The position numbers were made by a program, and so were the translations under genes. Below, piece by piece: positions 50,057 to 61,664 of a DNA stretch of 64,000 nt. The notes beneath the pieces are model-generated. The model worked only from the letters and a program-made list of their open reading frames with translations. It was not told where the DNA came from and searched no databases. The stretch lies in contig NW_027597787.1 of the NCBI RefSeq assembly GCF_964194155.1, forward strand, positions 1-64,000. Reading direction: 5' to 3'. Position 1 is the first letter of the stretch; every line of letters starts with the position of its first letter. Source of the stretch: Cetorhinus maximus. Lineage: Eukaryota.

Positions 50057-50405
50057 CATGCTGTGTTGAATAAAATCATCTAGCTGGTGTTCTAGAGTGA
50101 TGGAATGGTTACAACGCTGAAGGAGGCCATTCAGCCCATTGTGTCTGTGCCAGCCCTCTGCAAGAGCAGTGAACATAGTGTCATTTCGCTACCTTTTCCA
50201 CATAACCCTGTCAATTTTTCCCCTTCAGATAATGATCCAATTTTCTTTTGAAACCCATGACTGAATCTTCCTCCAAGCCCCTTCATCCCTGGCACCATTC
50301 TAGTACATCTCCAATCCTCCCACTTCACCAACTGTCAAGAATGAACATGGTTCAGTCCTGGATGTGATTAACAGCAGCAATAACGGCAAAATCCAACCCC
50401 TGTAA

Positions 50406-51248
50406 TTACTTGTGAACTCTCCGGTGTCTCAGCAGACTGGATAACTGACTGAAACCCTTCCCACACATAGAGCAGGTGAATGGCCTCTCACCAGTGTGAA
50501 TTCGCTGGTGTCTCAGCAGGGTGGACGAATCTCTGAATCCCTTCCCACATTCAGAGCAGATGGACGGTCTCTCCCTGGTATGAACTCGCTGTTGCATCAC
50601 CAGGTTGCATGACTGAATGAATCCTTTCCCGCATCCAGAGCAGGTGAATGGCCTCTTCCCATTGTGAACATGTTGGTGTGTCTGCAGGTGGGATAATTGA
50701 GTGAATCCTTTCCCACACTCGGAGCAGATGAAAGGCCTCTCCTCGGTGTGAACTCGCTGGTGCGTCAGCAGGTTGGATGACTGAGGGAATCCCTTCCCAC
50801 ATGTAGAGCAGATGAAGGGCTTCTCCCCGGTGTGAACCCGCTGGTGTGTCAGGAGGGCAGATGAATCGCTGAATCTCTTCCCACACTCAGAGCAGGTGAA
50901 TGGCCTCTCCCTGGTGTGAACTCGCTGGTGCATCAGCAGGTTGGATGACTGAGTAAATCCCTTCCCACACTCAGAGCAGATAAATGGCCTCTCCCCAGTG
51001 TGAACTCGCTTGTGTGTCAGCAGGTGAGATGAATTACTGAATCCCTTCCCACATTCAGAGCAGATGAATGGCCTCTCCCCGGAGTGAACTCGCTGGTGTT
51101 TCAGCAGGGTGGATGACTGAGTGAATGCTTTCCCACACTCAAAGCAGGTGAAAGGCCTCTCCCCAGTGTGAATGCGTTGATGAGTTTCCAGCGCAGATGG
51201 GGTGCAGAATCCCTTCCCACAGTCACCACATTTGTACGGTTTCTCCAT
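50406..51248 (-). CDS. C2H2 zinc-finger protein (ZNF-6), 10 fingers (one H>Q)
   Basis: 280-aa ORF from accATGg (MEKPYKC). Confidence 0.87.
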   Translation of the reverse strand: MEKPYKCGDCGKGFCTPSALETHQRIHTGERPFTCFECGKAFTQSSTLLKHQRVHSGERPFICSECGKGFSNSSHLLTHKRVHTGERPFICSECGKGFTQSSNLLMHQRVHTRERPFTCSECGKRFSDSSALLTHQRVHTGEKPFICSTCGKGFPQSSNLLTHQRVHTEERPFICSECGKGFTQLSHLQTHQHVHNGKRPFTCSGCGKGFIQSCNLVMQQRVHTRERPSICSECGKGFRDSSTLLRHQRIHTGERPFTCSMCGKGFSQLSSLLRHRRVHK

Positions 51249-52584
51249 GGTGCAGGTGTCCTTGTGTCCCTCCAGGTTAACTGCTCAGTTGAAACCTTGT
51301 CTTCACACAGAACATGTGTACAATCTCTCCCCGCTGTGAATGGCGTAATGTTGTTTCAGACTGTATAACTGGTTAAAGCTCTTTTCACAGTCAGTTCACT
51401 GGAGCATTCTCACTCAGTTGTCTGTGTCTCATTGCTTTTCCAGTCACACTGATGCTTGAAATGTTTTCCCACAGACAGAACAGGGGAACATTTCTCCTTC
51501 CATATTCCACATTCAAAGGGCTGATGATATTCAGGTTCTGATGAATCCAGTAACTCTGTCAGATCTTGACGCGATATTTGGTTTGTGTTTCCCAGATACA
51601 AGTCCTCTCCTAATATCCTGTAAAAGAAGTTTACAAAAGTCATCATTGTCAGTGCAGGATAAAAATTCACAACACATAATTCTAGTTTCTACGGAACATT
51701 CTTTCTCTCATATTCCCCAGAAGCAGTAACTCTCTGTCCCTCCATTCTCACTGTGCTGTACCTCCCAAATCTCCTGAAGGTGCCATTTCATGCTGATCAG
51801 CAGATCCATGTGCACTGCTTCCTGTCCAGGGCACAGGGGCCTTGGAAATCATTATGCAGGCTATATATATATGTATACATTACTGGATTTAAAATGTGCA
51901 TAATATACACTGCACTACTTGATTAAAGATACAGAGAGGATGCAAGGAAGAGCTTTATTTAGGAGCGAGTGTGCATGACCTGGAACTCTCTGCCTGCAAG
52001 GCTGGAGGAACTCGCGATGATCAGTGATTTCAAAATGAAATTGGTGGACACTTGAAGGAAATAAACTTGTAGGAGAACGGGGCATAGAGGGAGAATGGGA
52101 TGGATAGCTCTACAGAGAGTCGGCATGGACTTGAGTTGCTGAATGCATTCCTGTGCTGTAATGACTCGATGACGGGAAATATATAACGGTAGCTAGAGTA
52201 CTATATTACAAGACTAGACATATTTATAAATGAAAGTTATTATTGGTCAACAAAAAATATATCAAATATTTACCATATAAAAACATTCGACATATCTCTG
52301 CCCTATATTAGTTTACTGCCACCTTAAATGTCAGGCATCTCCTGGGGAATCCGCCTATTTTATTGGAAATACTAGGAAAGAGGCTATCCTTTTAGCCAGA
52401 CAAATAAATGTGTCAAGCTGAGGGAGTAAAGGATGTCATTGTCTTTAAGAGAGAGCGAGAGAGAAGGACAGACCTGGGCCAACCTTTCCAGAGTCTGCAC
52501 CCTCTTCCTTTCCCTTCAGTTTCTGCAGGTCAACAATTTAAACCCAGAATTAGAAAAGAAATGGAAAGGGGGAGAAAAAGAAAG

Positions 52585-53490
52585 TGTTTTACTCACAGGT
52601 ATTTGACATGGGACTGGGGAGAAAGTTTTCGTGTGTGAGAAGCTAAATCCTCATTCAGAGAGAGAAGCAGCATCAGCAGCTTTGCTGGGCAGTAATGGAC
52701 AGGTTTAAAAGCTCATTGTCCAACATGCGCATTCAAACAATGGGGGAAGTTCCGTGTCGTCATTGCGACAGTGGCCGCGCTCTGATTGGTTGGAGGACCA
52801 TCCACCTTCCGGTCGTCCAGCTCCTCCCATTGGTTAACCTCGGTCCGACCACAATGAGGGAGAGTAACCCGAGCGCGTGTTCGGTGGAGAGAGTTTGACC
52901 ATCAAGCCCAGTGCTCTCAATGTGAACTGGGAACGCTCCTCTGAATCATTGTGACGCCTGAATCAGCCAATAGGACTGACTGTGCTCCGCGGTGACGTCC
53001 TCGGGTTCCAGTTTGCGGACCAGGCGCGCGGACACGGGAGCCCCACCCATTGTTCCCCCACCCATTGTTCCCCCTCCCCCACCCATTGTTCCCCCTCCCC
53101 CACCCATTGTTCCCCCTCCCCCACCCATTGTTCCCCCTCCCCCTGCACTTCCTCGAGCCAAAGTTTCCAGGCAACCGGCTGACGGCTCCGGCCAGAGCGA
53201 GAAGCCGCTCAGCGAATTCCCCCTCCCCCCCTCTGTCTACGGCGACCGGCTGGTCCAAAAAGAGATCGAGAGCGACCGCTGACGGCAGCCACACTGCGCC
53301 TGCTTCGGACAGAAAACGCTTTCTGCGCCTGCGTACTGGGCTGCCGGCTATGGGGGTGCGGGAGGGGACTGTGTAAAATGTCTTCTCATTTTCTTCCAAT
53401 GCAATTTGACTTTAAACGGCACAGCATTTGTTTTTAGGTTCATAAACATTAAAACTTCTTCCTCGGTCCAACATCTGTGAGTAAATCACT
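52585..53490. promoter_or_regulatory. Bidirectional CpG-island promoter between ZNF-6 and ZNF-7
   Basis: CCAAT boxes, TGACG half-CRE sites, NRF1-like GCGCCTGCG; homologous donors CT|GTGAGTAAA facing outwards at ~52597 (-) and ~53477 (+). Confidence 0.65.
53041..53143 (+). repeat. 21-bp minisatellite (CCCCACCCATTGTTCCCCCTC) x~5
   Basis: Direct reading. Confidence 0.92.
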
Positions 53491-54844
53491 TTCTTTCCTT
53501 CCCCTGGGAAATACAGAGAGTTGCGGGAATCTGTAACTGGAATTAGTGCCAAATATGCTGAGGGGGGAAATGCTGGTGATTTTGTGGACCAGGCTGATGC
53601 TCCAGCTGTTTAAAGTCATATTTATCCGGTCTATTGAAATGCCATTTGTCTGTTAATGCAGGCTTCATTTATGTTGAATTTAGTTTGATTGTTACCGGAA
53701 TCGTTTTTAAAAAATAAAACCTTGTCCTTCTGTTTATTCCGTTGGGGTTGTCTGGGAATTTGTTTATTTTAAGGTTATTGGTTTCCACAGGGATCGTAAC
53801 AACAGAGAAATGTCTAGTTATTTATTATTCTGTATTAAAGTTCATTTATTATTATTTCTAGTCCTGTAATAATACTGTAGCTGCATTATATATTTCCAGT
53901 CATAAACGCATTACAGCACAGATGGTGTCCAATTGGAAACTCAGATCCATGCTGACATTCTGTAGAGTAATCCAGTCGATCCCATTCTCCATCTGTATCC
54001 TCGTTCCCCTGAAAGTTTTTCTTTCAACTCCCTATCCAATTTCATTTTGAAACCATTGATCATCTCCGGTTCTGCCATCCTCATAGGCATCGAATTCCAG
54101 GCCATGACTACTTGCTGTCTAAATAAAGTTCTTCCTCATATCCCCTCTGTATCGCTATTCAAGTATTACAATCTTTTTGGCTCCTTCAGGAGAATTGGGA
54201 ATGTATAAATGAGATATAACAGAGTGAGAATGAAGGGAGTAAAAACAGAAAATGGTGCAAAAAACTCAGCAGGTCTGGCAGCATATGTGGAGCAAGAAAC
54301 AGAGCTAACATTTTGAATCTGTCTGAACATTCCTGAGAGCTCAAAATGCAGGGAGCATGTTGGGGATGGAGATTTACAGCCTTTGGGGAATGAGAGGGGA
54401 AAGAATGTTCCATAGAAACTAGAATTGTCTTCTGAATTTCTATCGCAGACTTTCTGTGATGACTTTTGTAAACTCCTTTTACAGGACATTAGAAGGGGAT
54501 GATTTGCAGTCAGAAAACTCAAACCAAAGGTCACATCAAGATCTGGCAGAGCCACTTGATTCATCGGGATCGGTATATCAGCAGCCTTTGAATCTAGAAG
54601 AAATATTTGTCTGTTATGTCTGCTTCAAAATATTTGAAACATCAGTGTGACTGGAAAAGCACCGATTCTCACACACCCGAGTAAGTGTATTCCAATGCAC
54701 TGGCTTTGGAAAGAGCTATGAACTGTTATACAGTCTGAAGAAACATTTCAGCTTTCACAGCCAGGGAGACCGTACACAGGTTCTGTGTGTGAACGAGGCT
54801 TCAACTGATTGTCAAACCTGGAGAGACACAAGGGCACTCGCACC

Positions 54845-55519
54845 ATGGAGAAACCATGGAAATGTAGGGATTGTGGGAAGGGATTCCGATGCCCGTCTGC
54901 ACTGGAAATTCATCAACGCAGTCACACTGGGGAGAGGCCATTCACCTGCTCTGAGTGTGGGAAGGCATTCAGTGGTTCATGGCAGCTGCACGCACACCAG
55001 CGAGTTCATGCAGTGGAGAGGCCATTCACCTGCTCTCAGTGTGGCAAGGGATTCAGTGATTCATCAACCCTGCTGAGACACCAGCGAGTTCACACTGGAG
55101 AGAGGCCGTTCACCTGCTCTGAGTGTGGGAAGGGATTAACCCAGTTATCCAACCTGCTAACACACCAGGAAATTCACACCGGGGAGAGGCCATTCACCTG
55201 CTCTCATTGTGGGAAAGGATTCACTCGGTTATTCAACTTGCAGACACATCAGCGAGTCCACACCGGGGAGAGGCCGTTCACCTGCTCTGTGTGTGGGAAG
55301 GGTTTCACCCAGTCATCCAACCTGCTGCTACACCAGCAACTTCACACTGGGGAGAGGTCATTCCCCTGCTCTCAGTGTGGGAAGGGATTCACTCGATTAT
55401 CCAGCTTACAGAGGCACCAGCGAGTTCACACCGGGGAGAGGCCATTCATGTGCTCTGTGTGTGGGAAGGGATTCACTCAGTCATCCCACCTGCAGACACA
55501 CCAGCGTGTTCACAAGTGA
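54845..55519 (+). CDS. C2H2 zinc-finger protein (ZNF-7), 8 fingers
   Basis: accATGg at 54845 (MEKPWKC); acceptor ttttacag at ~54484; decayed fingers 54600-54840. Confidence 0.87.
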   Translation: MEKPWKCRDCGKGFRCPSALEIHQRSHTGERPFTCSECGKAFSGSWQLHAHQRVHAVERPFTCSQCGKGFSDSSTLLRHQRVHTGERPFTCSECGKGLTQLSNLLTHQEIHTGERPFTCSHCGKGFTRLFNLQTHQRVHTGERPFTCSVCGKGFTQSSNLLLHQQLHTGERSFPCSQCGKGFTRLSSLQRHQRVHTGERPFMCSVCGKGFTQSSHLQTHQRVHK

Positions 55520-55597
55520 TCACAGAGATTGGATTCTGCTCTTATTGCTGCTGTTAATCACATCCAGGACTGAACCATGTTCATCCTGACAGTTGGA

Positions 55598-55737
55598 GGT
55601 GTCAGCTGTGGCTCAGTTCATAGCACCCTCGCCTTTGAATCAGAGGGTTGTGGGTTCATGTCCCACTCCTGGAAACCAAGAACTGTGATTGTACTTGAAA
55701 GAGTTGCAATCTGTGACTGTTGATAACTCGAAAGAGT
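55598..55737 (+). mobile_element. 140-bp tRNA-derived SINE monomer in the ZNF-7 3'UTR
   Basis: Near-identical to trimer units; 17-bp TSD ttcatcctgacagttgg at 55580-55596 and 55738-55754. Confidence 0.92.
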
Positions 55738-56159
55738 TTCATCCTGACAGTTGGTGAAGTGGGAGGATCCCTTTCTGCTGGACTGGCTGGTCTCATACCT
55801 TTGTTTCCAGTGAGCTGATGCTCTTTGAGGCTTGTTGCGAGTATCCATTGCACATTTCATATGGATCATAAAATAAAATGCTGTAGAGATGGAAAAAGAT
55901 ATTCATGCATTTCTGTTTGGAATCTCCTAAAGCATGCCATGTTGCCATGGAGATGGGCTGTTGGAGTTAGAAGGTTCTTTTGTTTGATTTATCTGGGTGT
56001 TTCCCACAGAAGGCAGTTGCACATCTGGGCTTGTGTAGTTTGCAGCTCACTTGGAGTTGGTGAGGGAAAAGAAGCTGGAAGATTTGCCTGGCTTGGAGCT
56101 AGAGGATGAAATCTACAGTGGCCCTCCCAGTGAAAGGCCTTGTGGTAGAAAGCAGTTAA

Positions 56160-56800
56160 TCATATGAATTAGGAGCAGGTATAGGCCATTCAGGCCTGTG
56201 AGCCTGCTCGGCCATGTGATAAGATCATAGCTGATCTAATTGAGGCCCCAACTCTACTTTCCTGTCTACCCCCATAATCTTTGACTCCCTGTCAATCAAG
56301 AATTAACTCAACCTCAAAATTATTCAATAGCCTCCACTGCTTTCTGGTGAAGAGAATTCCACAATTGACGACCCTGTGAGAGGACAAATTTCTCATCTCT
56401 GTCTCAAATGGGAGACCCCTTATTTTTAAACAACGGCCCCGATTTGTCGTCTCTCCCATAAGGAGAAACATGTTCAGCCTCCGAAGTGGCCAGGAGGCAC
56501 AGATTTGTTTCAGAGCAAAAGGAGGCCATTCAGCCCATCGTGACTGCACCTGCTTTTTGAATGGTCATTTGATTTAGAGCCGTTCTCCCGCCTTCTACTT
56601 ATAACCGTGCACGTTCTTCCTTTTCCGGTAACAATCTAATTCCCTTCTGAATGCTTCAATTGAACCTGCCTCCACCACACTCCCAGGCAGTGCATTCCAG
56701 ACCTTAACCACTCGCTGCGCGAAGAAGGTTTTCCTCGTGTCACTTTTGCTTCTTTTACCAACTACTTTAAATCTGTGCCCTATCGTTTTTGATCCTTTCA
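56160..56800 (-). mobile_element. Two adjacent CR1 3' fragments
   Basis: RGRCLKIRGLPFETEMRN..RVVN and RKTFFAQRVVKVWNALP on the minus strand. Confidence 0.7.
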
Positions 56801-56874
56801 GAAGGGGGAGCTCATCTCATTCTCCCCATCAACCCTGTCCAGACCCCTCATGATTTTGAATACACTTCAAGCCC

Positions 56875-57170
56875 ACTGAAACACCAGTTCTTCACACTGG
56901 GGAGAGGCCATTCACCTGCTCTGAGTGTGGGAAGGGATTCACTCGTCATCCCACCTACTGGCACACCAGGGAATTCACAAGTAACTATCGTGATTGGATT
57001 TTGCTGTTAATCACAAACAGAACTGAACTATGTTCATTGGGGTCTGTTTCTGCTGATGTTAATAAACTCCAGCCCAGTTATAGGGCATAGTATTGTGGAT
57101 AAAATTCAAATCAGCAGCTTTGTGTTAAATACAGTGTGTTGAGTCTTTTTAGTATCTCTGAGACAAGTTA
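56875..57170 (+). pseudogene. ZNF 3' remnant (last finger + 3'UTR) of the ZNF-1/ZNF-4 subfamily, followed by L2 fragment (57190-58030)
   Basis: [17 protein letters not shown], 3'UTR and downstream LINE junction match 38140-38530. Confidence 0.75.
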
Positions 57171-58454
57171 GTTCCTTTTGAAGGGCTCTCCCTCTCCCCT
57201 GTCTCCTCCATCCTCATTGCCAACAAGTGTGAGAAGCTCATGGAGTTTCTTTGTCACTAAGATTGAAACAATTTGATCAGCTGCCTCTGCTGCCTCCCTC
57301 CCTTCCACTAGATCACCTGTCCAATTAACCTTGAATGTTCCCCCCTCGCCCTGAACGTACATCTTTCTGTAGTTTCTCTCCCATGTCCCCTCGTTCCTTC
57401 TCAGCACTTAGCTTTGCCATGAGACCCATCTCCTGCTACCCCAGCCCTATTTTCACTCATTTGTTGATCTCCAAGCTTCCCATGGTCATTAACATTGTTA
57501 ACAGTTCTCTCTCTTCAGGCACTGCTCCTCTCTCCTTCAAATCTGACATTATCACCCCCTCCTCAATAAAATCAACCATTGATCCCACCATCCTTGCAAA
57601 CCACTCCAAGCTCCCTTTCCCCTTCTAAGTCCTGAAATGCGTTGACACCTCCCAAATCCTGCCCATCTTTTTGGAATTCCATTTTTGAATCTGAACATAT
57701 GAAATAGGAGCAGAAGTAGGCCATTTGGCCCCTCGACACACAAGATTTCTGCCTCTGCCACATTATCGAAGTAGCTCTTCTCATCGTCCTAAACTGCATC
57801 CAATGTAACCAAGGTAAACTCTCCCTCATTGTCCTTTGTCCTTCTTGGCCCATCTACAGTCTTTGACACCATTGACCAAACCATCCATAGCGATGGTGAA
57901 TAAATGCTGGCCTAGCCACATCCCATAAATGAATTAAAACATAAATTCCTTCAATGCCTCTTCACTGTTGTCCAGCTGGGTGGGACTGATCCCTGATTCC
58001 TTTCTTATCAAATTGTAGCAAGAGGATCAGCTGCAGTAGCTGTGATTATTTGAGGTTTTTTTTACAAACTGACTCACTGGGAAAATGATCATGTGTCACT
58101 AGACATTAACATAAAAATGTTCCATTATCAGTCTCACATTGACTGTCTCTTACAGACCAAGTCCTTCTAAATATATCACCGCTCCTGGATTAGATCAACA
58201 GGGAAAAGTGAAGATGGTGTAGTCCACAACCCAATCTAATAGCAGTAAAAATATCTGAAAATTCCCATTAAAATGCAAGGCATTGCAGAGCAACTGTGTC
58301 TTCTGTGACTTATTGAAACAGTCATTACACAGATTGGCCAAAAGCTCCATTATTGCAGGATGCGGATGGTAGAATATGGAGCTTGATCTTTCTTATTTTT
58401 CAACACCGGCATTAGCGGAATCTCACCCCCACTTCCCTAGAATCAAACGAAGAT

Positions 58455-58885
58455 TATGTGAGTTCGCTCTCTAATGGCGGCCGCAGTACCCACAATACCA
58501 TACGGCTCAGAAATCGCTCCATCTGCCGCGGGTTGGCCGGGTGGATCGCGCATGCTCGGAGGGTCCTGGTCTCTTTGTTTGAGGTTGTTCCCGGAGAGAA
58601 GCCGGAAGCGGCGGATAGTGAGAGTGGAGAATGTTCATTGTTTAATATTCGGCTCTGGGGCCGCACTCGGGATTTGTAAACCCCGCCCCCCTGCCCGGGG
58701 TTTATTCACCTGACAGTTCACGATGCGCGGCTGATTGACGGCGGAGCTAGACCAATAGGAAGAGGGGGCGGGGTTGGAGGCATGAGCACTGACGGCTGAT
58801 CCTCCAACCAATTAGAGTGAATGAGGGGCGGGGCTGAGTCCAGATCAGCCTCATTGGCTGAAACTCTGCATCATTTTTAAATGGG
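58455..58885 (-). promoter_or_regulatory. Promoter module B copy (inverted relative to 35790-36240)
   Basis: ccaataggaagag, cctccaaccaat.agagtgaatgaggggcgggg, cctcattggctgaaactctgcatcattt. Confidence 0.65.
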
Positions 58886-58919
58886 CAATGGGAGATGTCA
58901 CAGAGCTGGAAGCAGGCAG

Positions 58920-59480
58920 CCTGGAGTATTGTGTGCAGTTTTCGTCTCCTTACCGAAGAAAGGATATACTTGTCACAGAGGAAGTGACTGCAAAGCTTCA
59001 CCAGCCTGATTCCTGGGATGGCAGGATTGTTGTATGAGGAGAGTTTTGGGTCGACTAGGGCTGTATTCACTAGAGTTCAGAAGAATGAGAGGGGACGTCA
59101 TTGAAACGTATAAAATTCGGGCAGAAGTGTACAGACTGGATGCAGGGATGATGTTTCCCCTGGCTGGGTTTGGGGGAGTGAGTGGTGGGGGGCGTCTGGA
59201 ACAAGGGATCAATCTCAGGATATGGTGCAGGCCATTTAGGACTTAGTTGCGGAGAAATTTCTTTGCTCAGTGCGTGGTGAACCTGTGGAATTGTCTACCA
59301 CAAAAGGCTGTGGAGGCCAAATCGCTGAATAGATTTCTAGACATGAAAGGCATCAAGGGGTTTGGGGAAAGAGGGAGAGTATGATGTTGAGGTAGAGGGT
59401 CAGCCATGATCATTTGAATGGAAGAGCAGGCTCGAGGGGCCAAATGGCCTACTCCTGCTCCTATTTTCTATGTTTCTAAG
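58920..59480 (+). mobile_element. CR1 3' fragment
   Basis: LEYCVQF..RLGLYSLEFRRMRGDVIETYKI; tail ttctatgtttcta. Confidence 0.85.
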
Positions 59481-59584
59481 TGTCTATGCCTTGGTAATGG
59501 AGCCGATGTTGGTCACAAAATCAGTTCAAGGTGAAATCAACATTGAGATGATGAACAATGTGGCTCAGACTCAGGTGGTGGCCA

Positions 59585-61060
59585 GAATAACAACAGAACA
59601 ATAGAATCCAACCAATACAGTCAGATGTGAACTTATTGTTGTGTCAGAAGGTTGAATGATCGAGTGAATCCCTTCCCAGATTCAGTGCAGGTGAATGGTT
59701 TTCTCTCCATTGGTATTTCATCTGATCTTTAGAGCTTTGAAAACTCTTCAAACAGTGAGAACAATTAAAAGGTCTCTTATCAGACTGAACAACCTGATTG
59801 GCAGTGAGGTTGGACACACAAGTGAATCAGGATCGGATGTGTCAATAAATTTCAGTTATGGAGCAGCTCTATTAAGAGAAAGGCAGGACAAACTTAAAGA
59901 CTAAAGGTAAAGTTCAGGCAGTGATTTACAGAACAACGTGAGCTCTATACTTCCCTTGTCATATCTGGACAGCAGAGCACACTTCTTCCCTTGGAGCTTC
60001 CAGTTTTCTTGTGGAGTTTCCAGCTTTCGTGTTTCTTTCTCTTCTTTCCTTTGTTCTTTTCTCCACTGCACCAAACCCCTCAGGTGGACTGTTCTTATGC
60101 TGGAAACCCCCCAACTGGCTCCCCTGAGGCCACCAATCAGAACTGTCCATGGACATTTCACTATTCAATCATGTGGCTCTTGTCCAATCACAGGTGTGTT
60201 CATGTGAACAGCATTCGCCTGTTGATGAGAGCACACACATATTCCTCTGTGATTACATAGAACTTCTGCACTTCCACCATCTCACAGTTCTAAACTCAGA
60301 CAAGCCGGTTAAAAGCATGACATCACCTCCACAGATTCTACCCTACAGATCAACACACAGGCAAAGAAAGAACACAACTTCTGCAGACTATATTAATACA
60401 CAGTCAAAGAAAGAACAGAATTCTCACAGACTGTATCCGGAGAATGGATGACTGAGTGAAGCTCTTCCCACACACGGAGTAAGTTTTACGGTTTCTGCTC
60501 ACTGTGAATGTGCTGGTATTTCTGGAAGCTGGATGATTCGATGAATCCCTTCCCACACACAGTGCAGGTGAATGGCCTCTCTCCAGTGTGACTGTGCCAA
60601 TGAGTTCCCAGCCGGGATAGAGAACTGAATCCCTTCTCACAGTCCCCACATTTCCACGGTTTCTCCCTGTTGCTTAATCCTTGCTGACAATTCTTATTGA
60701 CTTACATACTCTTCAAAGTGAAACCTCCATTATGAAATTAAATTATCAAACAACAGGAATCAAAACAGTGAAATATTTTACAGGCACATCAATAAAAGTT
60801 TAATCAATCGACATTGATATTGATGAAGTTTGGAAGTCGCTGAGTTCAATCATTTCTTACATAGCAGCAGTAACATTTGGTAAAGGGGAATCCACAACAA
60901 AGGCTGGTTTGAGACCTACTCAGCAGAGATGACATCTATCATTGAAGCAAAAAGCAAAGCTTACCTGATGCACAACATAAACCCAACAGCTAAGTACTGT
61001 GTGCAGTACCCTGTTACTAGTGTCCATGTGTCTCTCCAGGTTGGATGATCAGTTAAGCCT
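59585..61060 (-). pseudogene. Fragmented ZNF pseudogene (fingers at 59630-59830, 60425-60670, 61015-61060)
   Basis: Degenerate [28 protein letters not shown]; conserved 3'UTR motif at ~59590. Confidence 0.65.
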
Positions 61061-61069
61061 TACACAGGA

Positions 61070-61620
61070 TTATATAGGATATACAGCACAGAAAGAAGCC
61101 ATTCAGCCCAAACAGTGCATGTTGGTGTTTATGTTCCACTCAAGCCACCTCTCATCTTTCCACTTCTAAATCTACCATCATGACCTAATATTTCCTTCAG
61201 CCACATATGTTTGTCTAGCCTCCCCATGAATACATCTATACTATTCCCTTCACCCACTTCCTGTGGTCTTGAGTTCCATATTCTCACCACTCTCTGGGCG
61301 AAGAAGTTTCTTCTGAATTCCCTATTGGATTTCTCGGTGACTATCTTATATTGATGGTCTCTAGTTTTGCTCTTCCCCACAAGAGGAAACATGCTCTCTG
61401 TTTCCCCTCCATTAAAACTTTCATCATTTTAAAGTCCTAAATTAGTTCAGCTTCAGACATATTTTTTCAAGAGAAAAGAGATTCAGTCTGTTCATCCTTT
61501 CCTGATATGTCAACCCATGCATTTCTGATATCATTCTTATCAATTTTCTCTGCACCCTCTCCAGTGTCTCTATATCCTTTCTATAATTTGGTGACCAGAA
61601 CTGCACACAATACTTGGCTG
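61070..61620 (-). mobile_element. CR1 3' fragment
   Basis: YCVQFWSPNYRKDIETLERVQR; RRNFFAQRVVRIWNS. Confidence 0.85.
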
Positions 61621-61664
61621 TTGGGTTTATTTTGTGTGTCAAAAGGAGATCTTCCCTCCACAGC

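Noticed and set aside
52917-53399. Gly/Pro-rich ORFs (GRGNNGW repeats)
   Set aside because: Translations of the 21-bp minisatellite within a promoter.
54648-54650. Selenoprotein zinc finger (TGA as Sec)
   Set aside because: Not supported: further stops and frameshifts separate the TGA finger from the main array, and no SECIS is recognisable; kept only as a conserved-stop observation.
766-55589. Alternative-frame ORFs overlapping ZNF arrays (WEGIHS.., GRGRSPA.. repeats)
   Set aside because: Standard off-frame products of C2H2 repeats.
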